A program made the translations under genes and the position numbers. Below the pieces are notes generated by a model that saw only the letters and a list, made by a program, of their open reading frames with translations, had not been told where the DNA came from and searched no databases. Shown here piece after piece: positions 41,788 to 54,677 of a DNA stretch of 64,000 bases. The DNA is taken from the NCBI GenBank assembly GCA_951406725.2, contig OX597819.1:11718001-11782000 (forward strand), written 5' to 3'. This DNA is from Octopus vulgaris. Taxonomy: Eukaryota. How positions within the stretch are numbered: position 1 is the stretch's first letter; every line of letters begins with the position of its first letter.

Positions 41788-42243
41788 AAATATACATACA
41801 TACACTCTTTTATGTATACATACATAAAATATACATACATACACTCTTTTATGTATACATACATAAAATATACGTACATACACTCTTATGTATACACACA
41901 TAAAATATACATACATACACTCTTTTATGTATACATACATAAAATATACGTACATACACTCTTATGTATACACACATAAAATATACATACATACACTCTT
42001 TTATGTATACATACATAAAATATACATACATACACTCTTTTATGTATACATACATAAAATATACATACATACACTCTTTTATGTATACATACATAAAATA
42101 TACGTACATACACTCTTTTATGTATACATACATAAAATATATATACGTACATACACTCTTTTATGTATACATACATAAAATATACATACATACACTCTTT
42201 TATGTATACATACGTAAAATATACATACATACATTCTTTTATA
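41788..42243. repeat. 39-bp minisatellite, about 12 units, inside a SINE family 2 copy
   Basis: Unit aaaatatacatacatacactcttttatgtatacatacat; gives 13-aa periodic ORFs. Confidence 0.9.
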
Positions 42244-42420
42244 CTGGGGCATTCACACACACACGCACATAAACACACACACACACGCACACGCAGGCAC
42301 ACGACGGGTTTCTTTCAGTTTCTGTCTACCCGGGGCTATAACAGAAGCTGTGCAATGGGGTTGAACCCAAGATCGCATGTTTGGGAAACAAGCTTCTTAT
42401 CCACATAGCCACGCCTGCCC

Positions 42421-42478
<58 letters not shown>

Positions 42479-43179
42479 CTGTGTCTGTGTGTATATGTCT
42501 ACATGCACGCATGCATCTATATGTATGTGTGTATGTGTGTGTGTGTTATTGTTGCTTAACCCCAGGTATTCCTTCAATCAGTAAACCTATCATAAAACTG
42601 ATTCCATCCGTGACCATCCAATCCGTTCAGAGATATTTGGATTGGATTATTTAATGTTAGTTTTTTTTTTTTTTTATGGTAGCGTGTTTTTTCGAGGCAG
42701 ATTTTACAGGTATTTCCCGCAGTTCTTTTTTGGGGTAGCTATAATCATGGTGTGAGAACAGGGTAGGTGTGTTTGTGGGGTGTTTATATGAACGAGGGCA
42801 TGTGATGAGAGAAGGAACAGTTTGGGGGTTGGGAAAGGGGCTGAGTTTAAATAGAATGAACACGTTGAGTATATGTGTGTAGGGTCTGTAGATCATGGTG
42901 TGGGGGTATCTTGGTATATAACCTTATATATTTCTGTGTGTAGGGTGTATATATATCTTGGGCTGGAGGCATGTGACTGTGTGAACGTATGTATGTGAAT
43001 GGAGACTTGTGTAGGGGTATATGTGTTTCCGCAGGTATGTGTTATATATATATATATATATATGTGAGACGTGTGTTTGTGTGTATATATATATATATAT
43101 ATACAAATTGAGATAGGGGTTGTAAATGCAACCCTCCATGGGATAACATATATCCAATATACTGCTATTGTATATCTTG

Positions 43180-43211
<32 letters not shown>

Positions 43212-43510
43212 AGGTGAGGGTAGAGTTATGTGTGTGAGTGTGATAAGAATGTTTACGTGTGTGTGTGTGTGTGTGATATAGATGTGTGAGGTGAGGTTGC
43301 GCGCGCGCGCGCAGGATGGAAGGAAAGACAAGGAGTAGTAAAAGATAAAAGATGTTGGAGATGGCATATGGGGGAGGGTTATGCAGGGGTAGGTGATGTG
43401 TAGGGGTTTGGCTGGCGGCGAGGAATATACATAAATATATATATATGTATGTATATATATATATATATGTATGTATGTATGTATGTATATATATATATAT
43501 ATATATGTGT

Positions 43511-43549
<39 letters not shown>

Positions 43550-43554
43550 GTATG

Positions 43555-43603
<49 letters not shown>

Positions 43604-43727
43604 TAAACAAGGTAGGATGAAGAAAGTGAATGCCGTTATGATGACAGTGACGGTGGATGTTGATGATGTCGGCGGTGGTGGGTGGTAGGACAAATAAAGG
43701 TGTGTATAAACGAGAGAGCGGGAGTGA

Positions 43728-43777
<50 letters not shown>

Positions 43778-44357
43778 CCTTTCTACTAAAGGCACAAGGC
43801 CTGGAATTTGGGGTGGGGGGGGAAGGGACTAGTCAATTACATCGACTCCAGTTGTTTCACTGGTAATTTATTTTATCCGACCTCGAAAGGATGAAAGGCA
43901 AAGTCGACTTCGGCGGCATTTGAACTCGGTTGATGTTAGTGATGAAGATGGCTCAATGAAAAAGCAGATCACGGGTGGTGAATAGTGTGTGTATATATAT
44001 ATATATGTGGGATTTTTTGTGGGTGTAAATATTGATGTAATGTGTATTTAACAATGTCGTAAAAATATCTTGGCCAACCCTAAACTTACATATCTGTATA
44101 TAACAATATAGACATCCTTTTTCATTAACACACACATACACACACACACATTGGCATGTTTTTGTTGTTTTTCTTTAACTCTCTCTCTCCTACCCTCTCC
44201 CTACTTCCCTCCTTCCTTCTCCGCTCCTCCCTACCTCACACCCTGCATCTCCACCACCACCACCCTCCATCTCTCATTCTAATCTTATATATATTCAACC
44301 TCATTTTTCTCTCTCTTTCTCTCCAGATTCCAGTCTTGCCTCCTGGCCTCTGCCAGC

Positions 44358-44534
44358 ATGGTTATTAAGTCTACTTACCAAGTTCAATCCCAGCAAGATG
44401 TCACGAAGAAGAATGTCTACCTTCTCAACTTTAATCTACACTACATTCATATTTCTAATCTTCGCGTTGTCAACTACGACGTCGTCGGAAGTCATCAACG
44501 CCACAACATCACCGACGCCATCGGCCGGCGGTGA
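44358..44534 (+). promoter_or_regulatory. Out-of-frame upstream ORF (58 codons) overlapping the main start
   Basis: agcATGg at 44358, 40 nt before the main ATG and inside the same predicted exon; open to TGA at 44532-44534. Confidence 0.45.
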
Positions 44535-45355
44535 CAACAGACTGTTGGTCCTGCCGTCGTTACCTGACGGCTCGCAGCCCGCCATTTCTGAAACCGATGC
44601 GAATCGGTCAGATTCAAACCCTACATTCTTGGCAGCAAAACTGCCGGATAAAGCGACTGTGAGCAACTATACCGCACCCTCCGTCTACCTGCGAGAGCAA
44701 CTTAATGTGACTGAACGTCGCTGGTTGGTGCCACAGCGACAAAATGACAGTTATTTCAAAGCCAGCGGGCGGGAGGGTGACAAGGGACGAGATACTGGGG
44801 TGGGACGCCGACATTTGCGTAGGCAACCACAGAACTATGTACAGTATCAACGTAAAACTATCATTAAAAAGCATGTTCCTGCTGAAAGCGAACCCAATGA
44901 CTTTTTTCATCCAATATCATCTCGAACAGATTTGTCAAACGAAACCTTCGAAACTTCGACGGATTCAAACGTCGCCTCGAACTCAACGGCCGGACCTTAC
45001 GTTGCCATTTTCAATTCGTCGTCGTCGCAAGTGCCTTGGGTATTACTTCCCTTGCCGTCGCCGTCATCTGTCGGCACGTCTTGTCCCCCTTGTGACCCTA
45101 CAAGATGCCCCCATGAGGGTGGAACCTTCTTACAGTGCCCGACCGAGCTGAGGATTAAAGACGACTGTGGTTGTTGTGTAGTCTGCCTTCGTGGTCTGCA
45201 CCAAACGTGTGGAGGGATGTACCAAATTATGGGGAAATGTCGGGTAGGTTTAGTTTGCCTACCCACCAAGAATTCAGATTTTTCAGCTCTGCGTCTTTCC
45301 CCTGGAAATACCGAGAATCCGCGTCCCTCTTTTGAAGGGACTTGTGAATTAATAG
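44398..45355 (+). CDS. First coding exon of a secreted/membrane IGFBP(IB)-domain protein, CRIM1-like
   Basis: Only long high-complexity ORF. Hydrophobic signal peptide (LIYTTFIFLIFALS) and IB domain CPPCDPTRC...CPT...DDCGCCVVC...CGGMYQIMGKCRVGLVC...EGTC. Polypyrimidine tract and acceptor ctctccag| at 44326; donor ATAG|GTAAGT at 45355/45356 (phase 1). No downstream exon recognised in the window, so CRIM1 vs another IGFBP-related protein is not settled. Confidence 0.85.
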
Positions 45356-45472
45356 GTAAGTTATTATCTAGAGTTCCACATTTCTTAAGTTAATTCGTAA
45401 AAATGAAAGTGCTTCGACTTTTTGTTAAGATTTCATTTTGATCAATATTTCCATCTTCAGTTTTCATAACCC

Positions 45473-45516
<44 letters not shown>

Positions 45517-46297
45517 CTGTATCTATCTAATATGATAAATGCGAAAGTTAATATCTGTGTGTCAGTGTGTCACACTTTGACCTCCTCTTTCACTATTCAT
45601 TGACTCTCCTACTATTGCTCATACTGGGATGAGAGTAACAGTAGGCCTAATGATGGTGGGGGGCAGTGGCGAAGGAGAGAGAAAGAAAAAGGGAGGGAAA
45701 GAAAGAGAGAAAGAAATTCAGGGAAAGTTGATGATGTATTTATTAAAAGTACTAGCGTTGATGGTGGCAGTGGGAGTAATAATAAGAGAGAGAGAGAGAG
45801 AGAGAAAGGGGGACCGAACACCGAACTAACATACTGAACACAATTCTTTCATGCACACATTTAGCCTTTTTTTGTGATGGTAATGGGGTGATAGTAATAG
45901 TATGAGCTGTAGTTGTGATAGAGGCGGTGGTGGTGGTGGTGGTGGCCGAGGTGGTCAGGGATGATAGTAGTGGTGATGGTGGTGGAAGGGAAGGCGGCGA
46001 AGTCAAAGGTAATGGTGGTGGCGTCAGAAGTCTGAATGGTGTGTGTATGGCAGATGTGGTGGTGTTGGTGGTGGTACTGTTGTTTATCATGCAGCTTTGC
46101 AAATGAGTCCCAAGTCGACAAATTATATCATTGTTTTGATGAAAATTGTTCATTGCTTGAAAAATATTATTCAAGTTTAATCAAATTTTAATATGTACTC
46201 AATGCATTAAGTGTCATTGTTGGGCCCAAGGCCTAATGAAGAGCCCTCCTCAGGAGCTACCTCAAAAGCCGTCCTATCGGGCAGCTTTTAAGCTAGT

Positions 46298-47030
46298 GAC
46301 TGGCTCCCGTGCCGGTGGCACGTAAAAAACACCATCCGGTCGTGGTCGATGCCCCCTCTGGCGCCTATGCCGGTGGCTCGTAAAAAGCACCCACTACACT
46401 CTCGGAGTGGATGGCGTTAGGAAGGGCAATCTAATTGTAGAAATACTGCCAGATCAGATTGGGGCCTAATGCAGCCTCCTGGCTTCCCAGACCCCAGTTG
46501 AACCGTCCAACTCATACCAGTATAGAAAACGGACGATGAACGATGAATATTATATATATATATATAAACAAATATTTGGTGAAAATTGAGACCTCATGCA
46601 CTTGTCCCAAATGCGCACAAAACAGACGAGCAGGTTTAGATTAACCCAAATTTATAGAACATCATCATTATCATCATCATCATCATTTAGCGTCCGCTTT
46701 CCATGCTAGCATGGGTTGGACGGTTCAACTGGGGTCTGTGAAGCCAGAAGGCTGCATCAGGCCCAGTCTGATCTGGCAGTGTTTCTACGGCTGGATGCCC
46801 TTCCTAACGCCAACCACTCCGTGAGTGTAGTGGGTGCTTTTTACGTGCCACCCGCACAGGTGCCAGACGGAGCTGGCAAACGGCCACGGACGGATGATGC
46901 TTTTTACGTGCCACCGGCACGGGGCCAGGCGTGGTTGGCAACGGCCACGAACGGATGGTGCTTTTTACGTGCCACCGGCACGAGGCCAGTCGGGGCGGCG
47001 CTGGCAACGGCCACGAACGGATGGTGGTGC
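46298..47030. mobile_element. Inverted pair of SINE-like family 4 with (ATG)n tail
   Basis: + copy 46298-46545 and - copy 46660-47030 share gtgccggtggcacgtaaaaagcacc..ggcgttaggaagggca..gaccccagttgaaccgtccaac; older copy at 28810-28997. Confidence 0.75.
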
Positions 47031-47304
47031 CAGACAAGTCTGGTATACTTGGTCTTGGCCCTCTCTAAGAAACAAAGCGTTCTGCACAAAATTCAAGTGT
47101 TTTCGGTTTCAAACCTAATCTCAAGAAATCGAAAGTTTTCACGTAATTTTCTTTAACATGTATGTATGTGTATATGTATGTACCCCAAGCACTTCCTTGG
47201 GGTATTTTCCTTCAGTCCTGTTGTTGATATCTGTAACCAACACCATCGCATTGCTTCAATTTTTGCATTTATTGATGATCACTCTAAATCTTGCTAACAT
47301 CTCA

Positions 47305-47345
47305 CATCGCTGACGAGGTTTAATTAGACTGAAACATGTTCTCTT
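47305..47345 (+). ncRNA. Hammerhead core with canonical consensus, stem I degenerate
   Basis: CUGACGA GGUUU-aauu-AGACU GAAA CAUG UU; palindromic stem III ACAUGU; local stem I only about 1 bp. Confidence 0.5.
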
Positions 47346-47678
47346 CTATCACCCATCCCTATCCTCCGGTTAGCTTTAAAAGCCCGATCTACTCTATCCT
47401 CATTGTCAACATTGCCCATTAATTTTGATCTGCTGCTCTTACTAGAGTTATCTCGCTTGCTTTTTTTCTATTTTATTAAACATTCTTATCTGCATCCCGG
47501 GAAATTTCATGTATACCTTTCGATTTATGAACATTTAATGACGGACAGGTGAAACACACTGAAGGTAAATGAACGGAAGTGAAAGATAAACAAATTATCG
47601 GGAAAGAAGCTCACTTCAGAATTTCGTAGTTTCTGTTTCAATGGATTCTAAGCAGAAATCCGTCGCGTATATACTCAT

Positions 47679-47754
<76 letters not shown>

Positions 47755-48133
47755 GTATATATATATATATATGTATTCTCTTTTACTTGTTTCAGTCATT
47801 TGACTGCGACCATGCTGGAGCACCGCCTTTGGTCGAGCACATCGACTCCAGGACTTATTCTTTGTAAGCCTAGTACTTATTCTATCGGTCTCTTTTGCCG
47901 AACCGCTAAGTTACGGGGACGTAAACACACCACCATCGGTTGTCAAGCGATGTTGGGGGGAGGATAAACACAGACACACAAACATATACACACACACGTA
48001 CATATATACATACATACAGACAGACAGACATACATACATACGACAGGCTTCTTTCAGTTTTTGTCTACCAAATCCACTCACAAGGCTTTAGTCAGCCCGA
48101 GGCTATAGTAGAAGACACTTGCCCAAGGTGCCA

Positions 48134-48179
<46 letters not shown>

Positions 48180-48540
48180 ATGTTGGTTTATTTGCGTTTC
48201 CATAACATAGCCGTTCGGAGAAAATGATCGAAAAAATAACTAGCTTGCTTTTAAAAGAATAAGTACTGGAGTCGATTTGTTTGATCAAAACCCTTGAAGG
48301 CGATGCCCCAGTATGGCCGCATTCCAGTGACTGAAACAATTAAAACATAACAAAATGAAACTAAAAGTCTATGTAATGGCATGTCCGGCCAGGATTTGAA
48401 ACTTGAACTCTCGGTCTACTTGCCATGTTTTCTACTTTGAGTGATGAACGTCGGCTTTCAAATATTAATTTCTTAGAAAATTACTATTTTTAAATCTCAC
48501 AACATGAGATATTCAGCAACAGTACTTTGGAGTAAAGGTT

Positions 48541-48805
48541 GTTTGCCAACATAACATGGCAGTCTTGGTTTAGGACGAATGTTGCTGTTATTTAGCCCCA
48601 GGAGACATCGTCTCCAGCTGGCTATATGACACGATCTGTGTCCTTATATTTTCGAACAAGGGAATGAGTCGGGGTGCTAGATTCCCTTGTTCGAAAATAT
48701 AAGGACACAGATCGTGTGGTAGAGCAAGCTGGAAATGATGTCTCCTGGGGCTAAATTGCAGCAACATTCGTCCTAAACCAGGACTGCCATGTTATGTTGG
48801 CTAAC
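48541..48805. repeat. Long inverted repeat, ~125-bp arms, 15-bp spacer
   Basis: gccaacataacatggcagtc...ttcgaacaagggaat [gagtcggggtgctag] attcccttgttcgaa...gactgccatgttatgttggc. Confidence 0.9.
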
Positions 48806-48914
48806 AATATTTATTTCTTGTTTGGAAACTAGGATTGTTGTTGATGTGAATTAAGACTGACCCCTGTTTTACTCGTAAATCAACTGACTTCTTGTCAAAG
48901 GATTGAAAAACATT

Positions 48915-50088
48915 AATCCCTTTTTGCGCGAGGCCAGCAATTTTAGTCGGGAAGGGGTCAATCGGTTACATCGGCCTAAGGCGGCGAGCTGGCAGAAACG
49001 TTAGCACGCCGGGCGAAATGCTTAGCAGTATTTCGTCTGCGTTACGTTGTGAGTTCAAATTCCGCCGAGGTCGACTTTGCCTTTCATCCTTTCGGGGTCG
49101 ATAAATTAAGTACCAGTTACGCACTGGGGTCGATGTAATCGACTTAATACCTATGTCTGTCCTTGTTTGTCCCCTCTGTGTTTAGCCCCTTGTGGGTAAT
49201 AAAGAAATAGGTTACATCGGCCTCGAAAAGATGAAAGACAAAAGTTGATCTCCGAACGTAATATAGCCGAAAGAAACGCCGCTGGACTCTTAGTCCGGCG
49301 GAGGGGGAAATGATTACATTGAATGCTATTTTATTTTATCGACACCGAAAGGGTGAGAAGCAAAATTGACCCCAGTGGGATATGAACTCGGAACGTTAAG
49401 AACCAGAAGAAAATTGTTAGCGATTTTGTCCGATGCCCTTATCCTTCAGCCAGCTCACTGCCTTCATAATACTCCTCTCTACCATAAGCAGAAGGCCTGG
49501 AAGTTTGAGCAGTGGTAGCTAGAAGATTACATCGACCCCAGTACTCAACTGGTACTTATTTGATCGACTCCAAAAGGGTGAAAGCTAAAGGCGTCCTCGG
49601 TGGGATTTGAACTCAGAACGTAAAGGCGGACAAAACTCCGCGAAGCATTTTGTCTGGCATGCGAAGGATTCTGCTAGTACGCCGCCCTAACAAGTTGAGC
49701 ATGTCCCTTAGTGGCTGACGATATGTGCATCTCTGATCACGAGCAGAAGTAGTGGGGGAGCATCATAGCCATGTGTTGAGAGGAATTCTTTGGGGTTTGA
49801 ATAATTCACCTCTGGAAACATGGGTGGTTCTTTCAACATCCTTAAACAACCCTTATTCAGGGACCTTTTGAGCGGGATGGGCTACTCGACCTGAAGAAAA
49901 TTCTAACTGGGCCCCACATGCAAGGTCATGCGCTGTTTATCTTGATATGAGATCACCATGTCGCGCACATATGGTTGTGATGCATGTGCCTGGTGTACCC
50001 TTACCAGACGGGTAGTCATAATGGGTATATTGGGCTTTGTATATTTTACCCCAGTGTCACTTTGATGACATGAACTGCTCTCTCACTC

Positions 50089-50130
<42 letters not shown>

Positions 50131-50776
50131 CCTTTCTACTAGAAACACAAGGCCTCAAATTTGGGAGAAGGGATTAAGTCGATACGTGGACCCTAGTGCA
50201 TAACTAGTTCTTAATTTATCGATCCCGAAAGGCTGAAAGGCAAAGTTGACCTAAGCGGAATTTGAACTCAGAATGTAACGGCAGACGAAATACCGCTAAA
50301 TATTTCGCCCAGCGTGCTAACAATTCTGCTAGCTCGCTGATTAATATTCTTCTATAGGTACAAGGCCTGAAAGCATGGGGGAGGGGTAAGTCGATTACAT
50401 TAACCTCAGTGCGTAACTGGTACTTATTTCATCAACCCCGAAAGGGTGAACGGTAAAGTCGACCTCGGCGGAATTTGAACTCAGAAATTAAGGACGGGCG
50501 AAATGCCGCTAAACATTTTGTCCGGCGCGCTAACGATTCTACCAGTACACCACCCTAATTATCCTTTCTGTTATAGGCACAAGGCCTGAAATTTGTGCGT
50601 AGGAGGGAGGAGACTAGTCGATTACAACGACCCCAGTGTTTCACTGGTACTTAATTTATCGACCCCGAAAGGATAAATAGGCAAAGTTGACCTCGGCGGA
50701 ATTTGAACTCGCGACAGATGAAATACTGCTAAGCATTTCGTCCAGCATGCTAACATTTCTGCCAACTCACCGCCTT
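48915..50776. mobile_element. Dense SINE family 1 cluster (about 8 copies, mostly minus)
   Basis: Young + copy 48980-49208 with TSD ggttacatcggcct inside an older - copy; further - copies to 50776. Confidence 0.8.
49690..50090 (+). mobile_element. Probable retroelement 3' region with (TAA)n tail
   Basis: High-complexity block between SINEs ending ctcactc(aat)n; no recognisable protein motif. Confidence 0.3.
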
Positions 50777-51108
50777 ACAATAATAAATCACATTTTACAC
50801 TATGTCGGAGATCACAAATCTTATCGTTTTTTTTATCAGGTAGATTTAATTTTGACGATTATTAACGATTCAGTTTTGTTTTGTTTTTTTTTTTTTGTTT
50901 CTTAAATCTTTCACTTTCAGTTCCCAAAAGATCGCCAGAAGCTTTTGTTTACTAATAGCCTCGATAATCTTCAGTTGAGTGCAGTTTTACAACACAAGTT
51001 ATCTGTTGCTGTTGTTGTTCTGTGTGTGTTTGATAAACCTCAAGTTTCTTTTTCCACTCTCGACCCAAGGTTTATTGCTCAGTGACAGCGCTTTCTTCAG
51101 AGGACGTT

Positions 51109-51157
<49 letters not shown>

Positions 51158-51268
51158 GAACCAGCGGTCTAGACGCACAATGCATGACACACAAAACAGG
51201 GTTGATCTTTAAATGACCTTTTTTTCATTTTGTTTTAATGGAAGTGTGTGTCTATATGTATATATATA

Positions 51269-51304
<36 letters not shown>

Positions 51305-51310
51305 CATACA

Positions 51311-51341
<31 letters not shown>

Positions 51342-51366
51342 GTATATATATATATACATACATACA

Positions 51367-51447
<81 letters not shown>

Positions 51448-52559
51448 AAGTGCGTGTCTGTATATATATGGAAGTGCGTGTCTGTATATATATATATATG
51501 TATGCATATGTATATATGTGTGTGTGTATATATATATATATGTGTGTATGTGTGTGTGTGTGTGTATAAACTTATTATGACGTGTTCATTTATATATAGA
51601 ATATAGAGATTTTCTGAGTAGATCCAAGTTTAATATGCAAGTTTAAATATGTATATTGTGTGTGTAAAAAGCACATAAAAATCTAATATCGTTTTGCTTC
51701 TATGAAACACAAATGATGTTCCATATATGGTTCAGTTTAAAACCAGTTGTAACAATGGATGACTTGCATTTACTTCTGGGTGACGAGTGGGATAACAAGT
51801 CAAGGTAGATGACAGAGAGAAAGAAAGAACGAGGGACATAAGGGAAGAAGAGAGAGAGACGGGGAGACAGAGAGGGTGACGATGTATATAGACTAATTTC
51901 AACCAATTATTTACAACAATGGTGTTACTTGGTTTTTGCCTGATTTCCGTTTTTTTTGATGCAATAATAATTAACGGTGGAGAGGTAGGGTGAGAATAAT
52001 GGTGGCGGTTTGGACTAAATGTCACTTTGATGTCTTTAGCTTTGTCTGTTCCCTCTCTCTCCTTCTCTTTCTCCTTCCTCTCTCACTTTCTCTCTCTCTC
52101 TCTCTCTCTCTCTCGCTATTTAAGGCTGAAAAACTGCTTTCATCTCTTCAGGGTCGATAAAATAAGTATCAGTATTGTAGTAAATAAATACATTTTTCAT
52201 TGAGATATACGCCATCTGCAAATGGGTTTTCATCGGTTTCGACGATCACTTGAATTAGCACTGGAATGGCCGAATATTGCATAGCCTTATGTGTGTATCG
52301 TCTGCGCAAATTGCCTGAACGAATCAGCGTGACGGTGTTAGGTATGACAAGGCTGGCTCTTTCAATTCCTTATATAATCCGTCTGGTAGACTTCTTTATA
52401 GTTTCCATTGACCCAATTTCCCTCAGGAGGCTTGAGTTGACCTAAGGCTTTGGTAGAAGTCACTTGCCCTGAAATGGCCCTCAATAAAATCAAAATGCAT
52501 CAAAACTGGGAGGTGAACTTCTTAACATTTAATCCTTTCTTGCCACCGCTTCATATGCA

Positions 52560-53700
52560 TGCTTCATGTATAGACAGACAATAAATAGATACGAACTGAC
52601 TTTGGCGGGATATGAACTTGGAACTTGTCTTATCAGTATCCATGAGGCTATTTACCCCGTTGGTTTCTTGGCGTGGTTATTTGCCCTGTTCTTGTATTGG
52701 TGTGGAAATGTGCCTCATCGTTTTACCAGTATTGCTATTTAGCCTTTCTTTTGTCATATCAATGCAGCTATTTTCTGTGCCTATGTGGTTATTCACCTAG
52801 TATCAATCTGTATGTCTTAGGAATGGTTGACCTTGTCAGAATCAGGAATGGTTGACCTTGTCAGAATCGGGAAAGTTCAGACGAAATATCTTGGAGTGTT
52901 AAGATATATCCCTTTACGTTGATTCGATTGATTTCGCCTCTTTCTTAGAAATATGTGGTCCCTGTGTCTGTTAGAACTCTTCATTATTCATACCTTAAGA
53001 ACTACAAAAGTTTTCATCACATATTTTGGTACGTTTTAGAAATCAAACCTAACACCACAGGATTACCAAATGCTATGAAAGATCCTAACATTGCTCTTTT
53101 ATCTGGATTGTTCCTATGTAATCCTGATTTTTTAGCATTGTTGTCTGCATCTTCTCAAGTGATGGATGCCAAATTGTTTCAGATCTTAGTTGAAGGTAGT
53201 GTGCCATGTTTTCTACGTCTCTCGCTCTTTCTCCGTCCTTCGGGTTGTGCACATTGAATAATTGTTCTGAGTATTCTTTCTTCTGGCACTTGGAAAGCCA
53301 TGACCTGCAAGTCTCATTATTCTTCTCGCCACAATCTCTTGCAGGACGTGCAGATTGGCTCCTCTCTGGACTTCAAAGTTTGTGATTCAATCCCTGAAGA
53401 TGATCTTGAGTATTCTGTTTAGATAGCATTGGTGGAATGTATCCGGCCTATAAGCGATCTTGGCAGCTATTTACCAAGGTTTTCCTGCATAAACTGCTGT
53501 TTGAAAGACAATGCTCTGGTGCAGCAGGATCTTCATACGGTTGTTAGTCGAAGTGCTGGCGCGTATCTTGTTCGTTCCTCTGAACAGTGCTGCCATCTGC
53601 CTCAGTATCACTTTTCTCTAACATTATTTCCTGAATTGTTCGTGTATTATTCTAGTTGTGCCAAACGCAATCGGGATGACGGATACATTCCTTAATTACC
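52560..53700 (-). mobile_element. Highly decayed LINE fragments
   Basis: Coding-like composition; rc SVIPIAFGTTRII resembles an RLE C-terminus; many stops. Confidence 0.3.
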
Positions 53701-53958
53701 ATAATGACTTCAATTCGTTAATTAACAAACTTTACGTACTCTAATTCTCTTTTACTTGTTTGTCATTTGACTGCGGCCATGCTGGAGCACCGCCTTTAGT
53801 CGAGCAAATCAACCCCGAGACTTATTCTTTGTAAGCCCAGTACTTATTCTATCGGTCTCTTTTTGCCGAACTGCTAAGTGGCGGGTACATAAACACACCA
53901 GCATCAGTTGTCAAGCAATGCTAGGGGGACAAACACAGACACAAACACACACACACAC

Positions 53959-54026
<68 letters not shown>

Positions 54027-54625
54027 TACGACAGGCTTCTTTCAGTTTCTGTCTACCAAATCCACTCACAAGGCATTGGTCGGCCCGGGGCTATAGCAGA
54101 AGACACTTGCCCAAGGTGCCATGCAGTGGGACTGAACTCGGAACCATGTGGTTGGTTAGCAAGCTACTTACCACACAGCCACTCCTGCGCCTACTGATGT
54201 TTGCTCGAACATTCCCAGATCTATCATTAAAAATAATCATCGATAATGAGTTAGGAGAATCGTTGGTGCGTCGAACAAAATGCATTCCGGTCAACTTTAC
54301 CTTTTATCCTTCCAGGTTCAATAAAATAAAATAGCAGTCAAATACTTTTCAACTCCAGGCACAAGGCACGAAATTTGGGGGGGGGGGCAGTCGATTAGAT
54401 CGACCTCAGTATGCAACTGGTACTTAATTTATCGACCCCGAAAGGATGAAAGGCAAAGTCGACCTCGATGGAATTTGAACTCAGAACGTAAAGACGGACG
54501 AAATATCGTTAAGCATTTCGTCCGGCATGCTAACATTTCTGCCTGCCCCCCCCCAACCATCAAGTAGCCGTCAAATACTGACATCGTTTTAAATCGACTT
54601 CCAGCTCTTGCTTCACGAAAGCGGC

Positions 54626-54677
<52 letters not shown>

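Noticed and set aside
41788-42243. Regular ~39-bp repeats superficially like a CRISPR array
   Set aside because: No unique spacers, no cas genes, eukaryotic context.
45356-45393. ORF continuation GKLLSRVPHFLS*
   Set aside because: Follows a consensus GTAAGT donor right after the last domain cysteine; most likely intron read-through, although a short single-domain isoform cannot be excluded.
49714-53410. CTGANGA heptamers at about 49714, 49891 and 53394 (also 31974)
   Set aside because: No stem II hairpin followed by GAAA; chance matches.
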